DNA from: Leucoraja ocellata
Taxonomy: Eukaryota
NCBI GenBank assembly: GCA_036785375.1
Contig: JAWMAR010000070.1
Span: 4,216,001 to 4,280,000, forward strand
Direction: 5' to 3'
Length of the DNA stretch: 64,000 nucleotides
Under the pieces are notes generated by a model. That model made no database searches and was not told the DNA's origin. It saw only the letters and a program-made list of their open reading frames with translations. The translations under genes were made by a program, and so were the position numbers. The first letter of the stretch is position 1; every line of letters starts with the position of its first letter. This document shows, piece by piece, positions 34,920 through 47,200 of the stretch.

Positions 34920-37900
34920 TGTTTTATCCACAGTGACAAAACCAGCACTTGTCTGTCTGTCGCTCAGCTCTGAGCTTTCAGAGACAACCGCGTCTCTCAA
35001 ATAGCAATGACTTAGAAGGGAACAGGACGTCAGATCGTGAACCACAGCGAGCCAGCAGCAGCTCGACACGATGTAGTGTGAAAGGCTCAGGGTTATATTT
35101 AGCAAATGGTTGGGTCAGATGATCACAGAGTCATACGTCACGGAAACAGGCCCATCTCCCCAACTCGTTAGACCAATATGCTCATCTAAGTTAGTCAAAT
35201 TTGCCCACGCTCGACCCATATCTCCCCAAACCTTCCCTATCCATGGACCTGGCCAAATGCCCGTTCCATGTTGTTATTGCAGCTGCTTCAGTCACTTCGT
35301 CAAGTGTGATGTATCCGTAAGGATGGAGCGGCGGTTATCTCTGTACTCAGAGTCTGTTAACACTGAACAATGGTGGAAATATTGACAGACAAAAAAAATG
35401 CAGGAGCAACTCTGTGGGCCCGTCAGCACCTCTGGAGAAAATGGATACATGACGTTTCGGGTCGGGACCCTTCGTGTAAACAATTATACCGTATAAAATA
35501 TGACATTTAGAAGAGTAAAAATTAGGTTCCACTGCACTGTTTGTACTGTAGTAACTTCTAATAAAATAAACCAAAAAAAAAAGAAGAGTACAAACGTCTA
35601 AGATGTGTACACTTCCGGATCATTCCAATTTGATGATTTTGTAAGTGGACCGGCAGACCAAAAACATGGAACTTTTGTTTTGGCATATTGCTGAAGTGAT
35701 ACACTTAGTGAAGTTAAAGCAAGGTAGAATATGCACGATGAATTGAATTGTTAACTTGTCTTCTTCACAAGTGCTAATAAATGATCAGAGTTGTGGTCAT
35801 CTACATTCCATTGGTTGATTTTGTGCATCTGCTTGCAACGATTTCATTCTGTAGGCAACGAGTTGCATTATAATATAACTTAATATCTGCTGCGGGCTAT
35901 CATTCTGGATGTGTTACTTTCAGGGGAACAGTACAGTTTATTCGGGTTGTGTACGTCAATGGCATTATTGTGCATCACGTGGTATAGGTGTAACACACTG
36001 ATGTGTCCGTCACTGATGTTAGCTGAGCGTTGGCGACCCTCAGTAAAGGATATTTTGTTCGGAGTTATTTCCTGTTTACTTCCCCAACTAAAAACACTGC
36101 AGAGAGGAACCGACGATGCAGTAAAACAATTTAATCCTGTCTTCATTCGCCATTGACCCATGACTTCTGCAAACACTGCTCAGCAATCAGTGTTACAGCG
36201 AGCTGCTCGCAAGATGCGGTTCAGATATACGAATCTACACACTCTTGTTTCAGCAGCGCGAGCAAAGTGTCAGCACTGCAGAACAATTCAGTATAAAGGG
36301 AGAAATTACTGTTTGATCATATTAGATTCAAGTACATTGCAAGTCAGCTCCCACCGCTAAACACAACAGTGACATCGACCCGAAATGCCACCCGTTCTTT
36401 CCCTCGAGTGATGCCGCCCTTCCCGCGGAGTTGCTCCAGTATTTTGTGTATATCTGTGGCATCTCAGACCATTTATCTCTCATTATCCGAGAGGCACTTT
36501 GGGATGTCCTGCAGTGGGGAAATGATCCAACTCAAGATCATTCCTCCCATTAGACCATTACAAGCTCAATTTGAACGGGCCAGGCAGCATCAATGTGACC
36601 ACAGAATCTGCAAGTATCTCTGGCTATTGAGCACCCCTCCCTGACCTGGGGGTTTGTGAGTTCAAAGCCGCCTCTGGTCTGATTCCCGCGTCTCCCCGCT
36701 TACTGTGTGGAGAATATTTATCTTTGTCAGTGGGACATTTCAGCAATCTTTGAATCTTTCCGAACTTTATGGCGGTTACTCCGTTATTGCAGGTCACCAT
36801 TTTGTATTCGCAAACAACATCCTTCAAAGTTCTTTCATGGCGGGGTTACAGTCACGAGTCAGACTAAGGAAAGCAACACAATGTATTTGCAGTTTCACAC
36901 CCCGCGCTTTGCAAGTTGCAACTCAACCATTTTGTTCTGCACAAGAATAGACATTCCACTAGTTTAGTTTAGCTTAGTTTGGAGATACAGAGAAGAAAAC
37001 GGCCCTTCGGCCCACCGAGTCCACACTGACCAGCAATCCCCGCACATTACACGCACACTGGGGACGATTTACATTTATAGCATGCCAATTGCGTGGGGGG
37101 GGGGGTTGTTGGATTGAGAGGGAATGCAAGGGTTACTTGAAGTAGAGAAGTCAACGTTCACACCGCTGGGGTATAACCAGCTCAAGCGAAATATGAGGTG
37201 CAGTTTCTCAAATTTGTGCGGCAACGTACTCTGACAATGGAGGATGCCCAGGACAGGAATGTCAGTGTAGGAATGGGAGGGAGGAGTTACCGTGTTTAAC
37301 GACCGGGATATCAGGTAGGGGCGGACTCAACGGAGGTGTTCAGCAAACGATCGCCGAGAAGCGAGAACAATCGCAGGCTCAGCAATGGTTTCACTGAACA
37401 CCGCCGCTCAACCCGCCTAAACCTACCTGGTCTATCTACTGATGCCGCCTGCCACGCTGAGTTACCCCAGCAATTTATGTGTATCTTCAGTTTAAACCAG
37501 CATCTGCAGTTCCTTCCTACCTAAAAATTAGTTGCAGATTGGCAATGAAATCTGCACATGTTGGATGTGCTTAGCGCGTCAGTCAGCGTCTGTGCAGAGA
37601 AAAATAAGGCTAATAGTCAGAACAATGCCGTTGCATAATTTTGGTCTGATGGGATAGCACCAGTCTGAAAGATTAATTGAATGTCTTCCCAAATCGCCTT
37701 TAATGTTGGCAACAAGCGGAATATCCAGCAGTCTAATCAAAACAAATTAGACAAACCGTTTATTGACAACAACCATTTATTAAGAAGCATTCTGTTGCAT
37801 TATTATTCATTAATCTGTGGGGAAAAATCCAAGAAATTGTATGCTTATAATATAGTTTAACAGAGGATAAAACTCTGAAGCAGCAGAAACCACGCAAAGG

Positions 37901-38138
37901 TTAAAAACAGTAGTTCGAAGCTGACGAAGGAAACCTTGGAAGAGGTGGCAAAAATTAAGATGGTGCAAGCTAGGAGTCTTCATTGTAATTCGTGGGTCGA
38001 GTGGCGAGTTCTGTGTCGTCGCGTCTCTGCAAAAGACAATGTGAAGTCATCAGACAGACGGACAGTGGGAACCACGCTTTATTTGTCCCGGCCACTCCCA
38101 ACACATTGCTGTCTGCAAGATGCTAACCCACGAATTAG

Positions 38139-38264
38139 TTAATCCAATGCCACCGGGCACAGAAATCCACCCTGCACGCGTACAACCTGACAGAACCTCG
38201 TGATATCATCTACATAGGGATTTGGTTTAACTTCAGGATATGAAAACGTGCAGGATTTTTGTTT
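38139..38264 (-). CDS. Gene C candidate terminal exon ([20 protein letters not shown]..)
   Basis: Phase-0 acceptor cctgtccatcgatag. AATAAA at 38078-38083 is conserved in copies A and D. Confidence 0.5.
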   Translation of the reverse strand, partial: KQKSCTFSYPEVKPNPYVDDITRFCQVVRVQGGFLCPVALD

Positions 38265-41200
38265 CTATCGATGGACAGGATATATGAAAGCATTAATGGA
38301 AACGTTTGGAAACACTCGGCGAAGAGAAGGGATTGCTTTGGGCGAATCCCTTCTGATGAATCTATGGATTTCATTGCCACAGGAGGCTGTGGAGGCCAAG
38401 TTAATTCACACCAGAGATGCTGCCTGTCCGCTGAGCTACTCCAGCATTTTTGTATCTGTCCAAATCAATTGATATTTTTAAGGCGGAGATTTCCATTTTC
38501 TTGATAAATAAGGATGTCAATGGTTATGGGGAGAAGCAGGTGAATGGGATCGAGAGAGAAGGATAGATCAGCCGTGATTGGGGCCGAATAGATATGATGT
38601 TAGACTAACTGGTGAATGGAGGAAGTGGATTCTTGGAATGTATGCGGGATAGTTTTCTAAACCAACATGTAGAGGAACCTACGGGAGATCAGGCTATTCT
38701 AGACTAGGTATTGAGTAATGAGGAAGGGTTATTTAGAAGCCTTGTTGTGCGTGGCCCCTTGGGCAAGAGTGACCCATAATATGGTTGAGTTCTTCATTAG
38801 GATGGAAAGTGACATTGTTAATTCAGAAACAAGGGTCCTGAACTTAAAGAAAGGTAACTTTGAGGGTATGAGATGTGAATTGGCCAAGAGAGACTGGCAA
38901 TTGATTCTTAATGGGTTGACGGTGGATATGCAATGGAAGGCATTTAAAGACTGCATGGATGAACTACAACAATTGATCATCCCAGTTCGGCAAAAAAATA
39001 AATCAGGGAAGGTAGTGCATCCTGGATAACAAGGGAAATCAGGAATAGTGTCAAAACAAAAGATGGAGCGTACAAATTAGCCAGAAAAAGCAGCTTACAG
39101 AGGACTGGGAGAAATTCAGAGACCAGCAGAGGAGACAAAGGGCTTAGTTAGGAAAGGGAAAATAGATTATGAAAGAAAACTGGCAGGGAACATAAAAAAC
39201 TGACTGCAACAGCTTTTATAGATATGTGAAGAGAAAAAGATTAGTTAAAACAAATGTAAGTCCCTTGAAGTCAGAAACAGGCGAATTGATCATGGGGAAC
39301 AAGGACATGGCAGACCAATTGAATAACTACTTTGGTTCTGTCTTTACTAAGGAAGACGTAAATAATCTGCCGGAAATAGCAGGAGACCGGGGGTCAAATG
39401 AGATGGAGGAACTGAGTGAAATCCAGGTTAACCGGGAAGTCGTGTTAGGTAAATTGAATGGATTAAAGCCCGATAAATTCCCAGGGCCATGTAGGCTGTA
39501 TCCCAGAGTACTTAAGGTAAGTGGCCCCAGAAATAGTGGATGCATTAGTGATAATTTTTCAAAACTCTTTAGATTCTGAGTAGTTCCTGAGGATTGGAGG
39601 GTAGCTAATTAACCCCACTTTTTAAAATGGAGGGAGAGAGAAAACGGGAATTACAGACCAGTTAGTCTAACATCGGTAGTGGGGAAACTGCTAGAATCAG
39701 TTATTAGCGATGGGATAGCAGCACATTTGGAAAGTGGTGAAATCATTGGACAAAGTCTGCATGGATTTATGAAAGGTAAATCATGTCTGACAAATCTTAC
39801 AGAATTTTTCGAGGATGTAATTAGTAGATGGATAAGGGAGAACCAGTGGATGTGTTATATCTGGATTTTCAGAAGGCTTTCGACAAGGTCCCACATAAGA
39901 GATTAGTATACAAACTTAAAGCACACGGTATTGGGGGTTCAGTATTGATATGGATAGAGAACTGGCTGGCAGACAGGAAGCAAAGAATAGGAGTAACGGG
40001 TCTTTTTCACAATGGCAGGCAGTGACTAGTGGGGTACCGCAAAGCTCAGTTCTGGGACCCCAGCTATTTACGATATATATTAATGATTTGGACGAACGGA
40101 TTGAATGCAACATCTCCATGTTTGCGGATGACACGAAGCTGGGGGGGGGGGGGGGGGGCAGTGTTAGCTGTGAGGAGGATGTTAGGAGCTTCAAGGTGAC
40201 TTGGATAGGCTGGGTGAGTCGGCAAATGCATGGCAGATGCAGTATAATGTGATAAATGTGAGGTTATCCACTTTGGTGGCAAAAAACAGGAAAGTAGACT
40301 TATATCTGAATGGTGGCCGATTTGGAAAGGGGGAGATGGAACGAGACCTGGGTGTCATGGTACAACAGTCATTAAAAGTAGGCAGGCAGGTGCAGCAGGC
40401 AGTGAACAAGGCGAATGGTATGTTAGCATTCATAGCAAAAGGATTTGAGTATAGGAGCAGGGAGGCTCTACTGCGGTTGTACAGGGTCTTGGTGAGACCA
40501 CACCTGGAGTATTGCGTACAGTTTTGGTCTCCTAATCTGAGGAAATACATTCTTGCCATAGAGGGAGCACAGAGAAGGTTCACCAGACTGATTCCTGGGA
40601 TGTCAGGGCCTTCATATGAAGAAAGACTGGATAGACTTGGTTTGTACTCGCTAGAATTTAGAAGTTTGAGGGAGGGATCTTATAGAAACTTACAAATTCT
40701 TAAGGGTTGGATAGGCTAGATGCAGGAAGATTGTTCCCGATGTTGGGAAGTCCAGAACAAGGGGTCACAGTTTAAGGATAAAGGGGAAATCTTTTATGAC
40801 TGAGATGAGGAAAACCTTTTTCACACCGAGAGTGGGGAATCTCTGGAATTCTCTGCCGTAGAAGGTAGTTGAGGCCAGTTCATTGGCTATATTTAAGAGG
40901 GAGTTAGATGTGGCCCTTGTGGCTAAATGGACCGGGGGGTATGGAGAGAAGGCATGTACAGGATACTGAGTTGGATGATCAGCCATGATCATATTGAATG
41001 GTGGTGCAGGCTCGAAAGTCCGAATGGCCTACTCCTGCACCTATTTTCTACGTTTCTATGGCCTAATTCTGCTATATAATTTATGAACATGATGACAATA
41101 AAACCTACCTTTGAGCCTCTTGTGAACACCGCGGTTGAGATACTCCAGATCAGAAGCAGGAGACAGAACATCCAGCGCCCCACCTTCCATGAGATGTAAC

Positions 41201-44200
41201 TGGGCAAAGGGCAAGAAATACAGAGTCAATGGGAGGAAACGAGACGGTTAATCTTTGAAGCATTTACCTGTTATCTGCTTCATAATCTTGGTGAAGTGGA
41301 GCGGGCGAAGCGGCAGCGTCAGTGGAGACCATCTTTGTAAAAGAACGGGTGTTGGACTGGGGGGAGGTGGGGGGGGGGGGGGGGGGGCAACATATGATCA
41401 CCAATTGTTGACGTCATTGCTGGGGCATGGCTACAAGACTGGGAATGAGAGACTACGCGGTTAAATGGATTCAGAGAAGACAGATAAATAAGTCACGAGT
41501 TGGGGCAGTGAATACAAAACAGATGGACACAAATGTTGCATAAACAGCGGGAGTGGCAGCATCTCTCTGGAGAGAAGGAATGCGTGGAGTCACGGGAGAG
41601 GGAAAACTGTGGATGTGGAAGGATACAAAGAACAGTGTGATACCCTGGAAGAAATAAATGCAGCTGCAAGGAAGTTTATAATAAAATCCATTTGGATAGA
41701 CAGGAATAATAAAAACGGATCAATTCCAAATAATGGAAGGGAGATGGGCAATAAAAATGGAAACAGATGAGGCCAATTAATAAAATAAATTAAAAAATGA
41801 TTATGCTTAATGTCACACCTGGATACTTCGTGGATCAACGCGGTAGGTGTGTGGATGGAGGAATTGTGTTCGAAAAATCGGTTAAAGATTCGCTCATAAC
41901 GGCGTGGCTTTCATGAACATTTGCTAACGCAAGTATAACACAAGAGAAAGTCAGATATATTTCAAATTGTGATAAGATAAATAACAAAGTGTTCTCACTT
42001 TCATGACTATATTATGATTGAATATTTTAATGGTTTCAAGTATCAACGAGTAAGACAGAGTCAGTTAACTCATTTTGCTGTATTCGGTCTGATTCAAGAC
42101 TATTTTCTCACATTCTGCGCCAGCGATTTTCTGGTGTATGGCCCCATCAATGACAAGGTGTTGCCACAAGTGATATCAAGGGGAGTGTGGCGTAGCCCAT
42201 CATTCATAAAGCATTTTCCTATCAGCACCACACAAGAGCAAGTCACAGCAAAGCCAAACTGGAAGACTAGGGTTTGGGACTATATTAATCTCACAGCATG
42301 GGATGAGGTGAGTGATGCAGCAGTCATGTTGAATACTGCAGGGAGCGCTCTCTGAAAAGCATCAAATGGAGGAACTTGTTCTTATCATCCAAGCATGTAC
42401 ACAACACAATGAGATGTAAACCAGTGCGATTCCCTTCTGATGAGTAACTATTAACTGGTTTGCAAGACACAGTATGGAAACAGGCCATTTGGCCCTTCAA
42501 ATCTCTGCTGACCATCAACTGCATTTACACAAATCCTGTGAGAAGACGTTTGGTCTTTAGTTGTGGGAGTCAGTAGGTGTATAATAGACATCGGTCGATA
42601 GTCTATCTCCTGTGATGGAGACGGTGTGATCGAGAAATGGGAGGAGGGTTTGGAGATGGTCCAAGTGCATTTGAGTGCCAGGTGGAGTGCAGGAGACCAT
42701 TCCCTCTGCAACCCTGTGGAATGTCCCAATTCTTACTCCTATCCCTTATGACCTTATGACCTATACCTCCCTAGTTATCTCTTCCTTTCCCATCCACCAC
42801 CCTCTCCCCAATACCTTCCCCTTCAACTGCAGTAAATGCAACATCTGTCCCTATAACTCCGCCATCGACTCAGTCCAAGGAACTCAACAGTCATTTGAGA
42901 TTCGGCTGAGTTAGCGTGAACCGCCTCGAACCTCATTATTGTATCAGGTGTGGACGCTTATACATCAGCAAGACAAAACGTTGACTGGACGAACGTTTCA
43001 CTGAACACATATGCTCAGTCCGCCTGGGGCTATTTGATCTCCCAGTTCCTAAACTATTTACCTCCCCCCCCCCCCCCCCCCCCCCCCATTCCTACACTGA
43101 CTGTTCTATTCTGGGCTTTCTCCATTCCAGAGTGAGGCCAAATGGAAATTGGAGGAACAGCGCCACACATTTCGTTTGGGCATCTTACAGCCAAGCGGCA
43201 TAAATATTGATTTCTATAACTTCAAATAACCCTTGCATCCCCTTGTTCTCCATCCCTCCCCACCCTAGTCATTGTACCAATTTCACTGTTGTCTTGTAGT
43301 GGTCTCATTGTCCGTACACTCGTTTTCAGCTAGCCCACAGCTAACTATGGATCGTTTCCTTGATCATCGTTACTTTTGTGCATATATTTAATTCATTCTT
43401 TTATACCCATTCTATATCACCGTCGATATCGCTCTTTTTCCCTTTCCCTGACTCTCACTCTGAAGAAGGGTCCCAACCCGAAACGGAATACGCTATCCCC
43501 TTTTCTCCAGAACGGGCTGTCTGACCCGACGAGTTACTCNNNNNNNNNNNNNNNNNNNNNNNNNNNNNNNNNNNNNNNNNNNNNNNNNNNNNNNNNNNNN
43601 NNNNNNNNNNNNNNNNNNNNNNNNNNNNNNNNNNNNNNNNNNNNNNNNNNNNNNNNNNNNNNNNNNNNNNNNNNNNNNNNNNNNNNNNNNNNNNNNNNNN
43701 NNNNNNNNNNNNNNNNNNNNNNNNNNNNNNNNNNNNNNNAGTGAGTAGGATGGAATTGGTGCACCGGTTAAAGGCAGTTGCTTCCACCTGGATTTCTAAA
43801 CCAAACTAAAGGAGGTGATTTCATGCGAGGGATAGTGCCTGGGATGAAACATTACAGTTCGAAGGAGAAGGCTGGATAGATGGGGATTTTAATCCATATA
43901 GGAAAAGAAGGGGGAACCTATTACCGGTGTGTAAAGCTACGAGGAACATAGATAGGGTATTTTGTGGGAAATCAGCACAGCAGATGTACGAAGAAGTGGA
44001 GAACATAAGGTTGGGTTAAGGAGTAGAATATTTGGAGGGTATCTGAGCAAGAAGTATTTTTAAGCTTAGATAGTGGAGGCACTTGGATTGTCAACTCTGA
44101 GAAGACTGTGGATGAGGGGCTGGTAAAATGGATTAGTATCCATGGTACTGAATGGTCAACATTAACACAGTGGACCAAAGCTGATAGGAGTTAATTCTAT

Positions 44201-47200
44201 GAGGTAACTGCGGCCACATTTACTGATAATTCCTGTTCCCTTCCCATATTTGAGCGTCGATCATGTGGAGATGACGGAAAGTGAAAGTGCTTGGACTGAT
44301 GTCACTGCAAACCAAAGCTGTGTAAACATAAGAGGAAGTTCTAGCCCGGAAGCTGGCCTACACCAGGAATGGGAAATCTGTGGCTGGAGCCCAGCAACCA
44401 AGTATTGACAAATGGGCCATAATTCCATCATTTTAATCTTGATAACTTAATTAAATAACGTGCATGGATACCAGGGTGCGGGGGGTTTGGGGAGAAGGCA
44501 GGAGAATTGGGTGAAGAGGGGAAGATACATCAGCCATGATTGAATGGTCTATTTCTGCTTCTATCACTTGTGATTTTATGAACCACCCCACCCCCATTTC
44601 CTCTTCATCTCCCCATTCCCTTCACTACTTACCAGTGCCGTGATTTTCACCAGGAAATTGCAGGGCACGTCACTGCTGGAGATGGACACGTTGACCATTT
44701 CACTGGATTTTGTTCCATTATTATTTGAGGCTGTGCAATAATATTGATGGTGCTGGTGTTTGAAGGATTGACAATGTAGATCCAGGGCATTGTTGTCTGA
44801 GATCTTTGAATCCCCAGATGGGGTCTTTTCATACCAGCTGTAGTTAATGGGAAGGGATCCCCAGACCGACTCACATGACACTGACACTGAGCCCCCGAGA
44901 CAGGAGACATTGTCTGGTGACAGAAATCCAAGCACAGGAACAGACACGGGTTCTGTGGGAAAGGAGCAGTCAGACAGTGAGTGAACATCTGAAAATCAAA
45001 CACTCGCCAATATCCAACATCTCTGTATCTTAGCCAGAGCCGACAGGTTGGAATCTGACCCATCCATCCACATAGAGTCATAGAGTGATACAGCTGACCA
45101 ACATGCCCAATCTACGCTAGTTCCACCTGCCCATGCTTGGCCCTTAAACCTCTAAACTTATCTTATTCATGTACCTGTTCAAATGTTCTTAAATGTTGCG
45201 ATAGTACATGCCATAACTACTACCGTCGGCTTGTCGTTTCATATACCTACCAACCTTAGTGTGAAAACGTTACTCCCTGTTTCTTGTTTAAGCAACCCCG
45301 ACCCCCTCATCTTAAAACAATGTCCTCTGGTTCTCGATTCCCCTACTCAGGGCAAAAGTCTATGCATTTACTCGATCTATTCCTCGCACGAATTTGTACC
45401 TGCCAGAAGATCATCCCTCATCCTCCTGCGCTCCAAGAAATAAAGTCCTAGACTGCTCAACCCCTCCCTGTAGGTCGGGCCCTCAAGTCATTGCAGCATC
45501 CTGGTAAGTCTTTCCTGTACCCTATTCAACTTGACAGGATATTTCCTTTAACATGGTGATTAAAACTGAACACAAATCAGACAAATCATCAGACACATCT
45601 TGGATTCTCTTTTACATTTCAGGAATTGCCAGCAGGAAAGGGGAGCATCGTTCATGCAACACCGCCAGACATTCAAAGCAACAAGGAAGCTACCCATTTG
45701 TCTAATCAAAATCAAACTGTGTATGCAGGAGTGCAATAATGAAGGAAATGGACAATGACACTCAAGTACAGATGAGGACAATGTCAGTTACTCAGATGTT
45801 ACATTTCCAAGCGACAGCCAAATTGCCCGTCAGAAAGCCCCTTCTCCACATAATCCATTTACCAGATTTACACTTCTCTGTGTCTCTCCATCCTCCTAGC
45901 TGCCAGAACTACCATGTCTGGCAGAGAGTGGTGAATTTCTGGGTGAATTTCACACAGAGAGTGGTGAATCTCTGGAACTCTCTGCCACAGAGGTAGTTGA
46001 GGCCAGTTCATTAGCTATATTTAAGAGGGAATTAGATGTGGCCTTTGTGGCTAAAGGGGTATGGAGAGAAGGCAGGTGCAGGATACTGAGCTCAATGATC
46101 AGCCATGATCATATCGAATGGCGGTGCAGGCTTAAAGGGCCGAATGGCCTACTCCTGCACATATTTTCAATGTTTCTATGTCTATGTCTGCCACTGTGCC
46201 AGTACACCGCTACACCATCTCCCTTTGCTTTACAATTCCAGCATCTGCAGTTAATTTTCTTTTAATCTGAATCTCTGCCACAATTCTACCATACCAACAT
46301 TCAAACTCCTCATTAGTGCAACAGTATCACGATTAACAACTTTTGCAACTTCCTTGTATCAAATTGTTGATAGTGATACTGTTGCACTAATGAGGTGTGT
46401 GAATGGCGGTATTGTAGAATTGTGTGTAGGAGAATGGGGAAGTGGAATAACATAGAACTAGTGTGCCCGGTGGTCGCTAGTCGGCGTGGGCTCGGTGGGC
46501 CGAAGGATCCGTTTCCATGTTGCATTTGTAAACTACAACTAAATATCCCGGTGACATTTTCTGTAACCTCTCCAAAACTTCCACATCTTTTGTTTTATAA
46601 AGCGGGGACCAGAACTGTGCACCAGACTCCCACCTAACAAATGTTTTGTGCGGATGCCAAAGTGGAGACATAAAGTCCCTCATTGAGAAACCTACCTTCA
46701 GATACTTGGAGATGTACTTTAAATGTTGGTTCGCCAGGTGCAGTAATTCCACATCTGTACCATCCTGTATCTTCAGAGTGAAGATCCTCCACAGTCACTG
46801 TAAATATTCCTCGTGCCGGGTTATCAGTGATTGACACTCTTCCGTTCTGTCCATGTTTCCCATTTGTTTCCACTACATGTGTACACTGGCGACTTGCCCC
46901 AGGGCACCAGTATTTTGTGTGTGAGCGGTACACTGCTGCATAGTGACAATCGATTGTGATCGCTCTTCCCACAATCCCTCTTACTTCGCTCTCAGCCCAT
47001 AGTGCACCTGAAACTGAAGAAAACATATTTCGTAAATTGAAGAGCAAAATTAGCCTTTCACAAACATACACATTATAGTATACACCAATGTGTACAGGGG
47101 AGTCCGCCCAATCATTTTCCTAACTCTGTTGAATTTTATCTTGATTGCGATGAGAGACAGATACTATACACCGTCCCTCACCACCTGCACAGGTCGTTCC

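Noticed and set aside
42324-42351. Possible secretory terminal exon RERSLQYST* (also 59556-59583), phase-compatible with the stalk
   Set aside because: A proper TM exon lies further downstream, the segment is absent from copy A, and the only support is an acceptor-like site. It remains possible only as a minor isoform.
43376-43787. ORFs containing X runs
   Set aside because: Artefacts of the N gap.
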